A DNA stretch of 64,000 bases from Octopus sinensis (taxonomy: Eukaryota), in the NCBI RefSeq assembly GCF_006345805.1, contig NC_043024.1, positions 12,338,001 to 12,402,000 on the forward strand, read 5' to 3'. Below the pieces are notes generated by a model. That model had not been told where the DNA came from. It did not search any database and saw nothing but the letters and a program-made list of their open reading frames with translations. The position numbers and the translations under genes are program-made. Positions 13,201 through 27,900 of this stretch are shown here, one piece after another (within the stretch, counting starts at the first letter, position 1; every line of letters starts with the position of its first letter).

Positions 13201-14167
13201 TATATGCTGCAAGCCGGGAGAGAACTACCGACTATTTTAGCTCAAGTCTGCCACATTTAGTTGACAAGAAACATTACTTCTCAGCAGAAATACTTAACAG
13301 AGATTTTCTCAATGAACAAAGTTTGTAATGAATGTATGCATGCATACTGCCATGGATGGATGTATGTATATATGTGTGTATGAACACAATGATGTTTTAA
13401 TGTAAAATAGATTGTATACACACACATATTTATACAAACACATAGACCTATGTATTATATACAGATGCAGCATGAAGTTTTGTCAGTGAACAAGTCGTGG
13501 TTGGAAAGTGACAAAAATATTTGGAACACAAATTAAATTTAAACGTTGAAGTGAATCTAACTTTTTTTTGTCTGTTCTTAAATGGCTTATAAACATTATA
13601 TATATACACACACCCATATATATATATATAATTAAAAATAAAAAATGAATTGAATGATATTCTTTATTTAAAATTATTTAAAGTCAATCACTACAGTTGT
13701 TTCGACATATTCTTAGTCTTGGAGTAAATTGGGGAGATGATAAGATTAACATATTGTTTAAACATTATCATCCATCAAAGATGTAAAATGCACTTCGTCA
13801 GGTGATTGTTTTAAATAACTCCTTGTTCAAATCATAGTCATTTCACCCAGTGTGAGAATGAATACCCTAAGCACTTGCTATTCACAGTATGTGATTACAC
13901 AATACGTCGCATGTGTTATCTCAAAAATGTACTAAAGGTGTAAAAATGTGTCAAAACAAATGTAGTGATTTTAAATAAAGAATGTCATTCAATCTATTTC
14001 CTATTGTTTATGCATTTATATAAACTCTATGAATAATATGAAATTCCTGATGTCTATCCAGCAGCAGGAGCATATCCACTGTATGATGACATCAGGTAGC
14101 CAATGACTGGGGATGAGCTTTGCATAGCATATCACACAGTTTTTACCCAAATCCCTTTAGCTATATA

Positions 14168-14217
<50 letters not shown>

Positions 14218-14273
14218 CATACACACACATATACACATGTTTACACACACACACACACATATATATACATGGG

Positions 14274-14311
<38 letters not shown>

Positions 14312-16512
14312 TACATGCAAACATGTTTGTTTTAATGTACATATTCATAAACGTGTACACTCATGTTTGAAAGATGTGTCAAATAGCGAGAGGCTGTGGC
14401 TAAGATGGCTGTGTGCTACAGTGTTAGATTACAAAGTAGCAAATGTGAAAAGGATGCTTGTGGTGGTGACTCTGCCTCAGAAGATGAAGTGACAAAATGT
14501 GTTTGTCACTACTTTCAGTTTGGGACAATATCAAGTCTGCAACTTTTGAAGGTCAAAGGGGAAAGAGGTGACGTATAGTTGATTCTATCCATCCCTGATA
14601 TTTGATTGCTATTTTATTTCATAAACACAAAGAATATGATATTTAAAATCAACATGGCTGAATTTAAAACTCAGTAAATCTTATCAAAATACAAAAGAAT
14701 CTTTTCTCTGAGACTCAACCAATTTTGTTATAAATAGCTTTTAAATAACCATAATATTAATTGACTAAAATTAATAATATTAATTATTAATTAAATTTAG
14801 AAGACCAGTTTTAATGGAATGAAATTAAAAAGGAAGTTAAACAATTAGTATTTTTTAGTTTGTTTTAGAAATATTCATTATATGTGTTTTGCTCATAGAA
14901 AAACATTTGTTTTTTGAAATCATTGAAGAACAGAATTTTATGTGTGTGTGTATGTGCGTGCGCATGTGTGTGTGTGAGCGTATGTGTGTGCGTGCGTGTG
15001 TGTGTGTGTATGTATGTATTTTTTTAAATTCTTAGGAAAATTTGTTTTAGAAAATTAGTTGGTCACATTTTTTTTCCTTTTGAAACTAAGAAAAATCCTT
15101 GTTTCAAATAATTCTGTTTAATATTTTTTTGAAAGAAATGTTGTTGGGTGTGAAACTTGTAGTTTTCCTCTTTTTTGTGTGTGTGAGTGTGTGATGGGAA
15201 GAGATGGGAAAAGCCAGGAAAAGTATTTAATTTCTTTGACAAATACACTCATTAAAAAACTTTTCTTTATATTCCTCATATTAAGAAATGAAAAGGGCCA
15301 AATTTCAAAGGTTTGTGTATATGTGGCACTTTGTTATGCAAACACAATATACTAAGAAGCATTAAATGTTTTTAGAAGTCAGTCCTTTGGCATCAGAAGT
15401 GCTTTTTACTTTATTTTTAAGGTTGTTTCTACAGATTTTCTATCGATATTTTTGCCAGCACTGATTTTTGCTACAACATTTCATATCAGACGTAAATAAG
15501 CAACGAGATCGGAGACGTGGGTAATGAGTGCATATGCCATATTTCAGGGGTTGTTGTCCCTTCATCAGCACCCATCTAACCCACTTCTGTCCCCAAACAC
15601 ATTGCTTTTGTAGCCACTGCATACAGTGGTGTTGACTTATTGGATTTACCAATTTATATACATTAGACATATTCCTGGAATTGCTATGTCAACATTAAAT
15701 GTTTGTTTCATTTCCTCATGGAATTCTACTCTGGGGGGTTTGCCATTTATGGCTATGGTCAGCCATAAGAGTGATATTAAAATTAATTGATGCCTGTGCC
15801 TGAAGCCTTTTAAAATAAAGAAATGTCTTACATAGGGAAGGTCTTACACTCAAAAATGTAAGCAAATGGACAAATATTTAACGATAATGTTGAGCATCGC
15901 AATGAAGCATTGAAAAGGAGTAAATTCAAAGATATTCTGCACAAAGAACAAGGAAACTGTAGTGGAAAGATTGGTACTTCTCAAAACGTAAAGAATATTA
16001 GTAAGAAATGCCACCATCTTCCTATGTAACATCTAAATCAAAACAACACACAAGTCAACTGAAAACTAATGTCCTTAATGCCAAACCCCTTATACTAACT
16101 CCCATGCACTCATCTATGAATGATTTGGATGGCCATAGAATTATAATAAATAGCTGAGTAAAGAAAACAACTAAACACCTCAATAATAATTAAGGAAAAC
16201 AAATGTACAACAACAAAGTGTATGCCAAGCCAGATTACAGAGAAATACCTTAGTTAATAGCAATGACTATGTGTCTCTTTAAATGGAGAAAACTCTGCTA
16301 AACTTCAAACCAAAATGAAGAGAATGTTAAACAGAAATCTAAAATAAGTGGTAAAAGAATATTTACTTCCATAAAATCTTTATTAGTTTTGGTTCCAACA
16401 ACGAAGTTGCACTCAATCCCTTTAGAGGCTGTAACAGGAAAAATTCTACAAAGCTGATAACCTCAAGTACAACAAACTACACATAAGGAAATGTAACTTG
16501 ATATGACACTCC

Positions 16513-16548
<36 letters not shown>

Positions 16549-17201
16549 GACTAACATACCCAATTCTTTATTCAAAATACCAAAGGCAAACTGACCATAA
16601 ACACTTTAGTATCGTCAATCGATTTACAGTAAAATTCTAATTCTCAACAGCATCCAACCTGGCAAATGTCATTAACAACTCTAATATCTCAACAATTAAC
16701 AAATACAGGGAACACAAGCCTTGTGCTAATGAAACACAATCTCTCTCTCCCTCTCTCTGTCTTATTTATGCAACTTAAATGGAGATGGAAATCCTCAAAC
16801 TCTATGAGAGAAGATCCAAAACACTCAACAAAGGGGCAAAAATACAGAAATAACTAGTTATAACTTGGGGTACCAAAACTATTCTAAAAACAAAGAAACT
16901 GGTGAAAAATCTTATTAGTACAAATCCAAAATTAACAAAGCTCAGAGTTCCTTCATAGCAAAGGATTTCGGATTTCCAACAGTCAAAGATGCAGTCCTAA
17001 AAATCTAACACTGAAAGTAAACACACACACATTAACATTAATAGGAAAATGCTGGGGGCTACTTGAACTGGTTGCAGATAGGAAGTCAATATTTCATTCA
17101 CAATCAACCTTTTCCAAGCAAGAATATAGAAATATGTATACAACTACAAAGTGGTGAGTAACCCATCAGGTTAATGTGGAAGTATTTGCACATGTGCACA
17201 T

Positions 17202-17232
<31 letters not shown>

Positions 17233-17263
17233 AAAATAGTAATGCCATATATTTACTTCTATG

Positions 17264-17308
<45 letters not shown>

Positions 17309-17639
17309 GAACACACGAGTTGATATATATGGAAAAAAGTCAGGTAGAAAATGCTAAATTAATTTTACATAAAACATTTCAGCACCGGTTTTTGAAACTT
17401 TTTCAACTGTAAGTATGGAAAACAATTAAATTTTGGAAAAATTAAAAGAAAAGTTTTTTTTAAAGAATATTTGCATAGTATTCAAATACAAGGGGCATTT
17501 TCCTTGTTTCTGCCTGTCTTTGTCTCTCAAATCTGCTGACCAAATCTGTGGCTGGTGCAAAGTCCCAGCTAGGCAGAGGGGGAAATGGTGGACGGTACTA
17601 TAGAAGCAAAGGGACAAGTCTGGGGAGACTGGAAAAACA

Positions 17640-19525
17640 GGAGAAGCAAAGGATTATATCAGGGAGCCAGAAGAGAGGTTAGGTGATGGGTTTACATAGC
17701 AAAAGGAATTGCAGAAAGTAAGAGGTTTGCCAATGTTCTGCAGTTTGAGGATGAGAGGCGTAAAGTGTTCAGGATTGCAAAACAGTGGATCAGAGAGAAC
17801 AAAGAGGTTTTTTTGAGGAGAACCTGTAACATCTCATGTTGCTGTTTTTGCAACTCTATCACAGCTGATAGTAACTCTTTCATGATAAACAACACGATGA
17901 ACTTTTGCTCTCATAAACAAAAAACATGCAATTCACAATAATTTGAATGAGTCTCAAACACTTCTGGTTGCCAACAGTTACATCATCTGTGACAATATAT
18001 GATGTGTGTGTGTGTGTGTGTGTAACAAGATATCACAGTACCAAATACAACTGCATAACAATAAGCAATGTAACCAGACTTGGTTATCTTATTATAACCG
18101 TTTGCACAATAACAATCCAATACTCAAATGCAGAATCAATAATGAGACTAACACTTCCACAGTTCGATCTCAACTGTGTCTATTGGCTCTCATCTGTTTA
18201 TAAGACTTGCCCAGTCCACTGAGAGTCACATGGGGGTTGGGGTGTCAGTTCATTCCACAACTGTGTGTGAATAGATAATGGTGAACTTGCACTCAGAGAG
18301 AAAGATGACTGGAGGTGCTGCTATGAATGGGGGGGGGGGAGTCTTTCAAATATTGAACCAACTGAAGAATCAGTCATCAGAGTTCATAGAAGTATAACAG
18401 ATGAGGTTATTAAGGACATGTAGGCAGGGTAAGCCCCTGGACCTTTTGGTATCACTATTAAGATGATTAAGATATCTGGTGGTGTGGGATACAGCCTAGA
18501 CACTTGCATAGTTGACCAGGTTATTCAGGAAGGAAGCATCATCCCCAATGATACAAGGTGTCCCTAAAGTCACTGATGGCTTTCAACTTCCTTAACTTTA
18601 CAAATAAATGCATGACATTTTGGTACAGTATGAAGGACATAATGGAAATTAATATGCACAAATCAAGCTTTGCAGCATCACTACATCACAGATGTAAAAT
18701 GACATCGCTTAAATAGCACCCATTTTCGGCTTTGCATGCCTGTGCTCTTTCCAAAACTTGCACCATAACACCTTCAGGAGTTTCAGACCTCACTTCTCTG
18801 GTTTCTCTATTGATGTCTTCCTTCAATTGCACCAGGGTCTCCAGTTTGTTGATGTGAACCCTCTCTATCGGGTAACTCCACGAGAAAACATCCAGGCTAG
18901 TCAAGTCTGGGGAATGTGAAGGCCATTCAAAATAGACCTCACCCATGGTTCCAGCAAGATAGGGCAACTGCTCTCCTACCACAAGAGAAACAATGCAGTT
19001 GCTACAGCAGCGCTTTGGAGAGAGAATAATCTCCTGCTATCGTAATGTCAACTGGCCTTCATGTTCCCCAGACTTGACTAGCCTGGATCAAAAATTGAAA
19101 CCCATCAGTGACTTTTGGGACACTCAAACAGCTGGACCAGGTCATGAAAGTTACAGAGAGAGTAATAGAATTAAACTAGCTGAGATGCAGTTTGGTTTTA
19201 TTCATGGGAGGAGAACCACAGATGCCATCTTCTTAGTGAAACAGCTGAACGAAAAGTATTTGGCCAAAAGTAAACCATTGTACTTAGATTTTGTTGACCA
19301 AGACAAAGTTCCCCACTCTGTTATCTGGGGGTCTCCAAGGAAGCTAGAAGTAGAGGAGTGGCTTGTTAGAGCCATGTACAGCAGTGCTGTCAGTAAGGTG
19401 AGAGTTGGCCATGAATACACTGATGAATTAAGTGTACAAGTAGGGGCTTACCAGGGATCAGTTCTTAGTCCACTATTATTCATCATAGTCCTCCAACTCA
19501 TAACAGAGGAATTCAAAACAAACTG
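17640..19525 (+). mobile_element. Fragmented RTE-clade LINE (RT), interrupted by other insertions
   Basis: EMQFGFIHGRRTTDAIFLVKQLNEKYLAK and VGAYQGSVLSPLLFIIVL; upstream pieces at ~17640-17810 and ~18290-18550. Confidence 0.75.
18553..19124 (-). mobile_element. Internally deleted and rearranged Tc1/mariner-superfamily element nested in the RTE
   Basis: TIRs gtgtccctaaagtcactgatgg / ccatcagtgacttttgggacac; transposase C-terminus WPSHSPDLTSLDVFSWSY...LKEDI on the minus strand. Confidence 0.8.
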
Positions 19526-19529
19526 CTGC

Positions 19530-22420
19530 TGCTGCTTCCTACAGCCAAAACCATGCCACAGGCAGGATAAAAGGCTTCCTTTGAAAAGGACCACAGAATG
19601 AAAATTCCCAAAGGGGGGAAAAAGTCGTGTATCATCTGCAATGAAATGAAAATATGCTGGTGTAGTGTACACTACCTCCAACAGCCAGCCCTGTCCAGAT
19701 GCCATCATAAGTTGAGCAACAACTATTTTTATGTATGGCACAAAAGATTGAACAGCAACTGATCTGGCTGTATCAATTTCAGGGTTGAAGCCATCTCCAT
19801 CAACATACAAGGCCACCACAGCCAATGGAACCAGTCTGGCCACCACTGGCATTAACACAGGTGTCACATCAATATTCTTTATGAACATCAGAGGATCGTT
19901 ACAACTCAGTAACATTCTTTTCCTGAGAAAGTTTGTGGTACGGAATCAAGTCTTATGCATAGCACTCACCCAAACACACCTAAAACCTGACAGTTCAGAT
20001 ACAGAAATACATGTACCAAAGTATGTTGTACTGCAAAGCAACAGAAAAGACAGGAATCATGGTTGAACTACAATCTACCTGTGTGAAAATCTTACAGCCC
20101 AGACCCTTTTGCCAAACTCAAACTCAGTGGGTTACACACTAATTGTACGTATAAAACACCTTAATGTCGTTATATGTACTACTTATTGCCCATCAAATGC
20201 TCCAAATCACATGGGCCTATTCAAAGACTGTCTTGCAAGAATAGAAGTCTTAACCAAACTAGAACAACATATCAGTGTATTTCTCATCGGAGACTTCAAC
20301 CTACACAATGTAGCATGGTCTCAGGAATGATGTGACATGAAGAAAGTCAGGTGGAAGCCCTGCTCAACCTCACCAGCAAGTTATGCATGGAGCAAGTAAG
20401 ACTCCAATCAACCAGGTCAAATAATATACTTGATCTCTGTTTCACAAACAATATGGATTTTATCCTTAATGAGAATCTAATACTGACTCTGCTCTTGGAT
20501 CACAATATAATGGAGCTGATACCGTATGGACCAAAGAAACCTGCAGACATGCAGCCTATGAGAAGCACCCAAAATCTATCCATTCTGAACTTCCATAAAG
20601 CAGACTGGAGATCAATTGAGAAAGAGATCATCAAACAGGATTGGCCCCAATGTCTCTCTACACATGACACTGACATGAAATTCAAAGAATTCATGTCTGT
20701 AATGCAATCCATATGCTATAAAATTGTCCCAGAGAGAAAGGCCACTGCACATAAGAACAAGATTCCCAGGGAGAGAAAAGTTCTTATGAGACAGTGTACA
20801 AAGATTGCAAGCCACTTGGATGTAATATTAGCAATCGATGCTAACTGAGCTACTGGCCATGCTGGAATCCCACCAATCCTTTCCAAGTCATGCAAACAAG
20901 CCCTTGCAAAACCACTGTGGCTTCTTTTTCAGAGCTTCCATGTAAATGGTAAACTCCCAGACAAACTGAGGGAATGAATGCTAAGCCCTCTTCATAAAGG
21001 AGGAACCAGAGCAGATGCTTAAAACTGTCTCTCTGACCTCACACGTCAGCAAAGTCATGGAATGAATTGTCCAAAGAACATTAATTGCATTCCTTGAAGA
21101 GAATGACTTGCTCACTGACACCCAACGTGGTCTTCAGCCAGGCAGAATCCAATTGAAACAGCTGTAGCAGCATTACAACTGGGTGTCAAAGCAGATGCTC
21201 AATAACTCAAATGTGAATGTGATATATCTTGACTTTGATAAAGTCGACCATGTTATGATATGTCACAAGCTGTGTAATCATGGCATTGTCAGAAAACTTG
21301 GAGAATGGCTACACGACTTTCTAAAAGATAGAAGTGAGGTAGTGATGGCCAATGAGGCCACCTTCAAGGAAGCTCAAATAATGAGCAGAGTTCCACAGGG
21401 CACTGTCTTGGGACCACTGCTACACTAGTGGCCCTCTCACACATCCTCTCAGCTGTTTAGATAGCCACCCTTGCTAGCTATGCAGATGATACAAAAGTCT
21501 CTTGGAGGATACACAACCCTGGAGATGTTGCACATCTAGAACAGGAGTTGGAGGTAATATATAAGTGGGCTAAGGAAAATAACATGCAGTTTAATTCTGG
21601 AGAACTCCAAACCCTGTACTACCAACACACAAACTGAATGAAAATCAGACATGATACAATGGCTCAGGAGGCGTTGTAATTACTGAATGAAAATTAGTGC
21701 ATGACCTGGGCATTGCCATGAGTAATGAAGCATCTTTCCAGGTGCATATTACTAAGTTGGCAATAAAATGTAGACAGTTGGCCAGATGGATCCTTAGAAC
21801 TTTCAGAATGGGAGGACAAAAAACCATGATGGTCCTCTGAAAGGCATTTGTCTGCAGCCATTTAGATTCCTGCTTCTAACTATGGTAATGGCACAGTGTA
21901 AAATGAATGATGGATCTGAAAGCAATCCAGCAAAGCTACACAAAAAAGATTGTCTCAATGCGACTTCGGCTAATGGCAGAAACTGAAAAAGTTAATCTAT
22001 TCCTTAAAATAAAGGCAGGAAAGATATAGTGATATAGATCTGGAAAATGCTAGAACATCTTTGGCATTGTAAGTTACACAAATAGCAGAATGGAGTGGTA
22101 ACACCACTGCATAGTACCAAAGTCACCAGCATACAGGACCAGATACTGCAGCAGCTTGGATTTCAAGGGTCCACAACTCTTCAACATCTTTCCACGAAGT
22201 CTGAGAGAACTACATGAGGTGGATGAAGGTGTCTTCAAAACAAAACTGGATCTCCTCCAATTAAAAGTTTCAGATTAACCTATCCTCTGTTAAGAAATGC
22301 AGACGAAGGCAGCAACATTAAACCCCCTCATTCACTGTATGTCATACATCAGTGAAGGTTAATTGAAAGGGTAGCAAAGCTAATTGTTGGTACCCCAGCA
22401 TAGTTGCAGCTCTTGAGCTA
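19530..22420 (+). mobile_element. Degenerate CR1/L2-group LINE ORF2 (APE endonuclease and RT)
   Basis: FMNIRGS, IGDFNL, TRSNNILDLCFTN, IYLDFDKVDH, VPQGTVLGPLL, YADD, DLGI; many stops and frameshifts. Confidence 0.85.
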
Positions 22421-22845
22421 AAACTAGTAAAGAAATATATATATATATATATAAAGAAAATCAAGTGTCAGGACTTGACTACTGAGACTATTGCAGTCAT
22501 CTGCCATAGTTTCTAAGTAAAATCAATGCACCATTTTGTGTAGAAGGCAGATCTGGAACCAAAGCTCTTGAAGAAAAGCACCCCCTCCTCCCCCCAAAAG
22601 CTATGGTGTTGGAGATCACTTCAATGGGGTTGTAGTTGACAGAAGATTATAGATGGGACCCTTTTTCTAAGGAAGGCTAATTCAGGTTAAGAGGACAAAT
22701 GCCTTGTGATTGTGAGATACCTGCTGAAGATACAGAAGGAGTTCAAACAATGAGATAACATTAGTTACCTGCAGAAGAATGTGCAATGCAAGAATTTTCT
22801 GTAGTTTCTCAGTGGGGCAGAGAATTTCTCATGTTTAATTCACCC

Positions 22846-22989
22846 ATATACCAGAATACGTGTGTATTGATATATCAGAATATGTGTGTATTGATATACC
22901 AGAATACGTGTGTATTGATATACCAGAATACGTGTGTATTGATATACCAGAATACGTGTGTATTGATATACCAGAATACGTGTGTATTG
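22846..22989. repeat. 24-bp minisatellite (atataccagaatacgtgtgtattg) x6
   Basis: Six tandem units; five are identical and the second has two substitutions. Confidence 0.95.
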
Positions 22990-23212
22990 ATATATATATT
23001 TATATGCACATGTGTGTGAGTATGTGTGAGTATGTGTGTACATGTACATATGTGTATGTATATGCATATACATATATCCATATTTGCACATTTATATGTT
23101 TGCGTGTATATCTGTATACTTTTATTAATACACACACACACATGTATTTACATATATACATATATATCTTATATAAATTAGTTAATGTGGCTGAAATTGA
23201 TGTTTAACCAAC

Positions 23213-23423
23213 CTAATTGGTGCTGTTAAGTCAGACATGTTTCTATAGAATTTCGATGGAAGCATCCAGTTGAATATCAAATTCCAGTCAAAACGGCCTA
23301 TTTGTATGCTACTTCCTACTGAAGTGACAAAGTGTAGTGTACTGTCATCAATCTGGTCAATCACTGGGGTCACAGCATAGCGCTTGTCAGTAGCTATTCG
23401 ATCAAGAATAGGCTCCAGCCAGC
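23213..23423 (-). CDS. pgant9: GALNT catalytic exon, alternative variant B3: GWLEPILDRIATDKRYAVTPVIDQIDDSTLHFVTSVGSSIQIGRFDWNLIFNWMLPSKFYRNMSDLTAPIR
   Basis: ttttatatccag acceptor, AG|gttggt donor, 211 nt, phase 1-2, no stops; homologous to B1 and B2. Confidence 0.88.
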
Positions 23424-24449
23424 CTGGATATAAAATTAGACAATTATTTTAACTGGTTAAATGTCTACATCTCTGTAAATTAGTTTGTTTATCATTAATA
23501 AGAGTATAATTTTTGCCAATAATAAATTAACCTCATTATCTTAAGAGATAGTATTTAGTTACAGCATTTCATCTTCCAGGTACTCAAGTCAAAATTTGCC
23601 TTTGATTGTAGAAGCTAATAGAATAAAATTGATTTAGTCAGTTAAGCTCTCTTCAAATATATGCTTTCATCAGACATCAATATTTTCATTTACAATTCCA
23701 CACAGCTTTGATTTCTGTTCTTGGATGAGTACAAAGTACAAGACTGAACTTTCAATCATTTTCTGATTTCTGATCTGACATTTCTCAGAGTGAATCCTAT
23801 GAATAAATTCAAGTATACTATGAAATAAGAAGTCTGATTAAAAATTTGTTTTAGCAAAAAAAAAAAAAAATCCCCCCCAAAATTATATTTACCATTTTCA
23901 GAATATTAAGTTATCATATATTATATATTATTTAAATAAAAGCTCTCAAACAATTTTCATTTAATATAAAATGGCAGAGTTGTCTTTAAATTATGGTTTT
24001 GCATTCCACGATTTTTGACAAAATCATTTAACAGATTCTGTGACAAAATAAGTTTAGGAATGTATTTCATCACAACACCATTGACACAGGAATTTGAAGT
24101 GATATTCCCTTCAGTTTAGAAATAAAGGTTTCCTGGTTCTAATTCAGTCTGATACAGTGTAGTTTGACTATTTCTAGGAATAAGACAATGACTAAAGATG
24201 AAACTGATTGATACAAATGTTTTATGTTCATCTCTAAGAGTGAACGAGGTTAATGGTTTGGAAAATTATAATCTTATTTTAAACAATTTAATTATGCATC
24301 CAGTTTAATTGTTATTTGCTTGGTATAAATAAAAAAAATGTTTTTAAAACAATATAAAGAAAGAATGTAATAATAGCTAAACAAAAATAATAAAGAATTG
24401 AATAATAATAATAATAATAAAAATGAAAACAATATCAACAACAGTAACA

Positions 24450-24910
24450 ACAATACTGATTTTGTTTGTCTCTCCTACATGTTACTATATGCGGCCTTCG
24501 GTGCACTAACACCTTGTCTGTCTGGAAGTCAAGGCCCCAGAAGATCTTTGCCCTCTCGCTTTCGCCCATTACCTTTTCCAGTGTATGTTGGTACCAAGCA
24601 CCCAATTACCTCATAGCCATACTTCCAGTTCAGTCGTCAGTGAATGCTTTGTCGTTTCTGTGCTCTTTCTGCACAAGACTTTCACAAGCATTTAACAATG
24701 CAACCCACACATGCTGCACGGTTCATTGCACTTGTATGGTATATACATCCGTTTTCTCTGAGTTGGTATCCAATGCCAGGTCCTGGGCAGTGACGATTAG
24801 GCTTCTTTCAGTCTTCTTTCAAGGTTACTCTTTGCTGAGCCACCTCCACGATGCCTCCCCACGGTACACACAATATCTTCAATCTACAACATCACAATAT
24901 TGGATACTGT
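24450..24910 (-). mobile_element. R4/Dong-like LINE fragment
   Basis: Minus-strand SLIVTAQDLALDTN resembles the IAAQDQAL.T motif; flanked by (AAT)n/(AAC)n. Confidence 0.55.
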
Positions 24911-24949
24911 GCAACACTTTCAATAATAATAATAATAATAATAATGATG

Positions 24950-27900
24950 TTTTCTACTAGAGGCACAAGGCCTAAAATTTTTGGGAAAGTGTTATTTAAT
25001 TACATCAACCCCAATATTTGATTAGTACTAATTTTATCAACCTCCTGAAATATTGCAGAAGTGGGCAGGTCAATTACAACAACCCCAGTGTGCAACTGGT
25101 ACTTAATTTATCGACTCTGAAAGGATGAAAGGCAAAGTTGACCTCGGTAGAATTTGAACTCACAACCTAAAGACACATAAAATGCCTCTAAACATTCTGT
25201 CCAGCATGCTAATGATCCTTATTTCTTTACTGCAATATTAATAACAAAATAGTTGTTGTTTTTTTAAAAATTATTTAGCGATAAGGATGAAAGGGGTACT
25301 ACAAAGAGAAATTAGGTAAAAAAAGAGGTGGGATTTTATGCAGAATCAATTTACAACAAATGCTTTTATATAATCAAATGCTTGATAATGCAACTTCTAC
25401 CAAACTACGCTGACATCAGCAATCCAGTGCATACAATACATTCTCTCTACAATCATCGCTCAATTCTATAACAGAACTCAAACCACAGAGCTGTGAGCTC
25501 TGTCATCAAATGCTACATTACAGATTCTATATGAAATAGTCAGCCCACGCTCAACATTTAGCCTTATAAAACATTGCTCAATCCATACAACTCACTCCCT
25601 ACACATTCACAACAACAAACGCGAAAGCAGCCAACAAAATGTGACATGGGGCTCGTAATCTGCACAGAAAATGCAAAGAACATTAAAATAACAACGAGAA
25701 ATAACAAATGTCACAAACAAAAGCAGAACATTATCAACACAGCTGTGAATTTCCATCAAAAGAGTGTCAAGACACAGCTCAGAAATCAGAGGTGCACTGG
25801 ATGGCGGTGTTGTAGACACACGGAGAAAATTGTTGAAATAATAATAACAATAATAATGGTTTCGAATTTTGCCACAAGAGCAGCAGTTTTGGGATGAGTA
25901 TATTACATGAACCCCAGTGTTCAACTGGTACTTATTTTATCTTTTCTACTCTAGGCACAAGGCTCGAAATTTTTGGGGAGGGAGCCAGGCGATTAGATCG
26001 ACCCCAGTATGCAATTCGTACTTATTTTATCAACCCCCAAAGGACGAAAGGCAAAGTTGACCATATAAAAATTTGGAATACCACTACGGTAGATATATAT
26101 CTCAAACTGACGTACCAAACAAATACTAGGGGTCTAAACATCTTTCTCTCAATATCAGGAGTTTCTCTTTTAGAAATTAGGAAACAGGAAGAAACTCGAT
26201 TGGACAATAAAAGACTTGAGAATATTTCCTCAAGAACTCTTTTAATATAAAAAGTCAAGGCAACAACAAAACCCTTCAGCAGAAGATTAAAGCAAAAGGC
26301 AAAAGATGACCCCCAACGAAAGTAGAAAAGCTGGAAAGAAAAGGTTATGCACGGAAAATATCAAAGGGTCAACAACGGATCTAAATCAATGGGTCAAAGG
26401 TCAGACACGCACAACCCTTTCACCTAACGAATTCATTTTATACATATATCAGGAAAACGAAAAAAAAAAAAAAGGTTGCAAGACGCAACGAAAATTTAGG
26501 AGAATAAAAATAAGAAAAACGTGGAAACTTTACCGGTCGATGTGTTTCCATCACAAGGAACGAAAAGAAAATGATTTTCCTCAGACAGAATAGAAAAGAA
26601 AAAACAACAAAAACGAATCGCCTCCCTTGTTTGCAATGAGAGTTACCTCTCTTGTTTGCCAAGGGAAGTTACTCTTGATGTAACGATGTCTTGCAACAGA
26701 ATTTACAAATCTTTTCCAATAATTAAACCAATTCAGCAGATTTATTACAACAACAACAACAACTCTCCGAGGCAGTTTGATCGGCTAGAAACTACAGCCA
26801 AATCTCCTGAACAACACACATGTAATGAAGGAAGAACACAATAGATAGTTGTCCTGTCATCGCAGGAACATCTTATATTACAGATTTGCTCGTTGCTTGA
26901 ACTGAGCTGACTTAAACAACAGCAACAACAACAACACAATCCGTTAGAAATCGATGGAATCTAAATATATAAGGATTCACTGTGTATCTGTATGTGTGTG
27001 GGTGTGCGCTAGTAGAAACAGGTGTAAAAGTATTTGTGTAGATATGTATGTTGTGTGTGTGTGTTGGTAAGTAAAGTGAAGCATTGTAAGTTCAAATGCA
27101 GCAATTAGAAATTTGCAATGGAGCAGATTTCAAAAGAAAGTTTGAAATGTGTGTTAAAAAAAAAAATGGTGCAGATTTAACGTAAGAGATATTAAGAAAA
27201 AATAATAAATGAGAAAAAAAATAGACACTAAGAAGTAAAAGTAATAATAAATTTTTCAAATTTTGGCAAAAGCTACCAAAAGGGTGAGCCAGGTTAGTTG
27301 ATTACATCAACCCAGGAAACGGAAAGGTAATTATGAACAGAGTCAAAGGAAATACCACAATCCATTTTGTTTGAGGCACCAACGATTCCGTTAGCTCACC
27401 ACTATAATAAACTTTCAGACACAAAGCCTGAAATTTGGGTGAGGGGGATAATCGATTACATCGACCCCAGTATGCAACTGGTACTTAATTGACACCAAAA
27501 GGATGAACAGGATGGAATTTGAACTAAGAACAGTGATAGACGAAATACCACAAAGCATTTCGTCCATTATGCTAATGGTTCTGCTGGCTCACAGCCTTGC
27601 TCACCTTTATATTAACAATAATTCTTTCTACTGTAGGCACAAAGCATGAATTGTTTGGGAAAGGGTGTAGTCCACTACATCAGCCCCAGTGCTAAATTAG
27701 TGCTTATTTCATCGATCCTGAAAGGATCAAAGGTAAAATTAGCCTCAGCGGAATTTGAATTCGGAGCAAAAAGATGGGACAAAATGCTGCTAAACTTTCT
27801 GTAACGATTCTCTCAGCTTGCTTCTGTAATAACAATAATGAAAATAATAATGGGTTCTATATTGGCAGAAGACCTCATGTTTCCAGGGAGGGCTCTAATC

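Noticed and set aside
18993-19601. 202-aa ORF that looks like a transposase-RT fusion gene
   Set aside because: Chance read-through across the junction of a nested DNA transposon, a decayed RTE and another LINE; the domains are incomplete.
22846-22989. CRISPR-like look of the 24-bp repeats
   Set aside because: The units are directly adjacent with no unique spacers, and the context is a eukaryotic intron.
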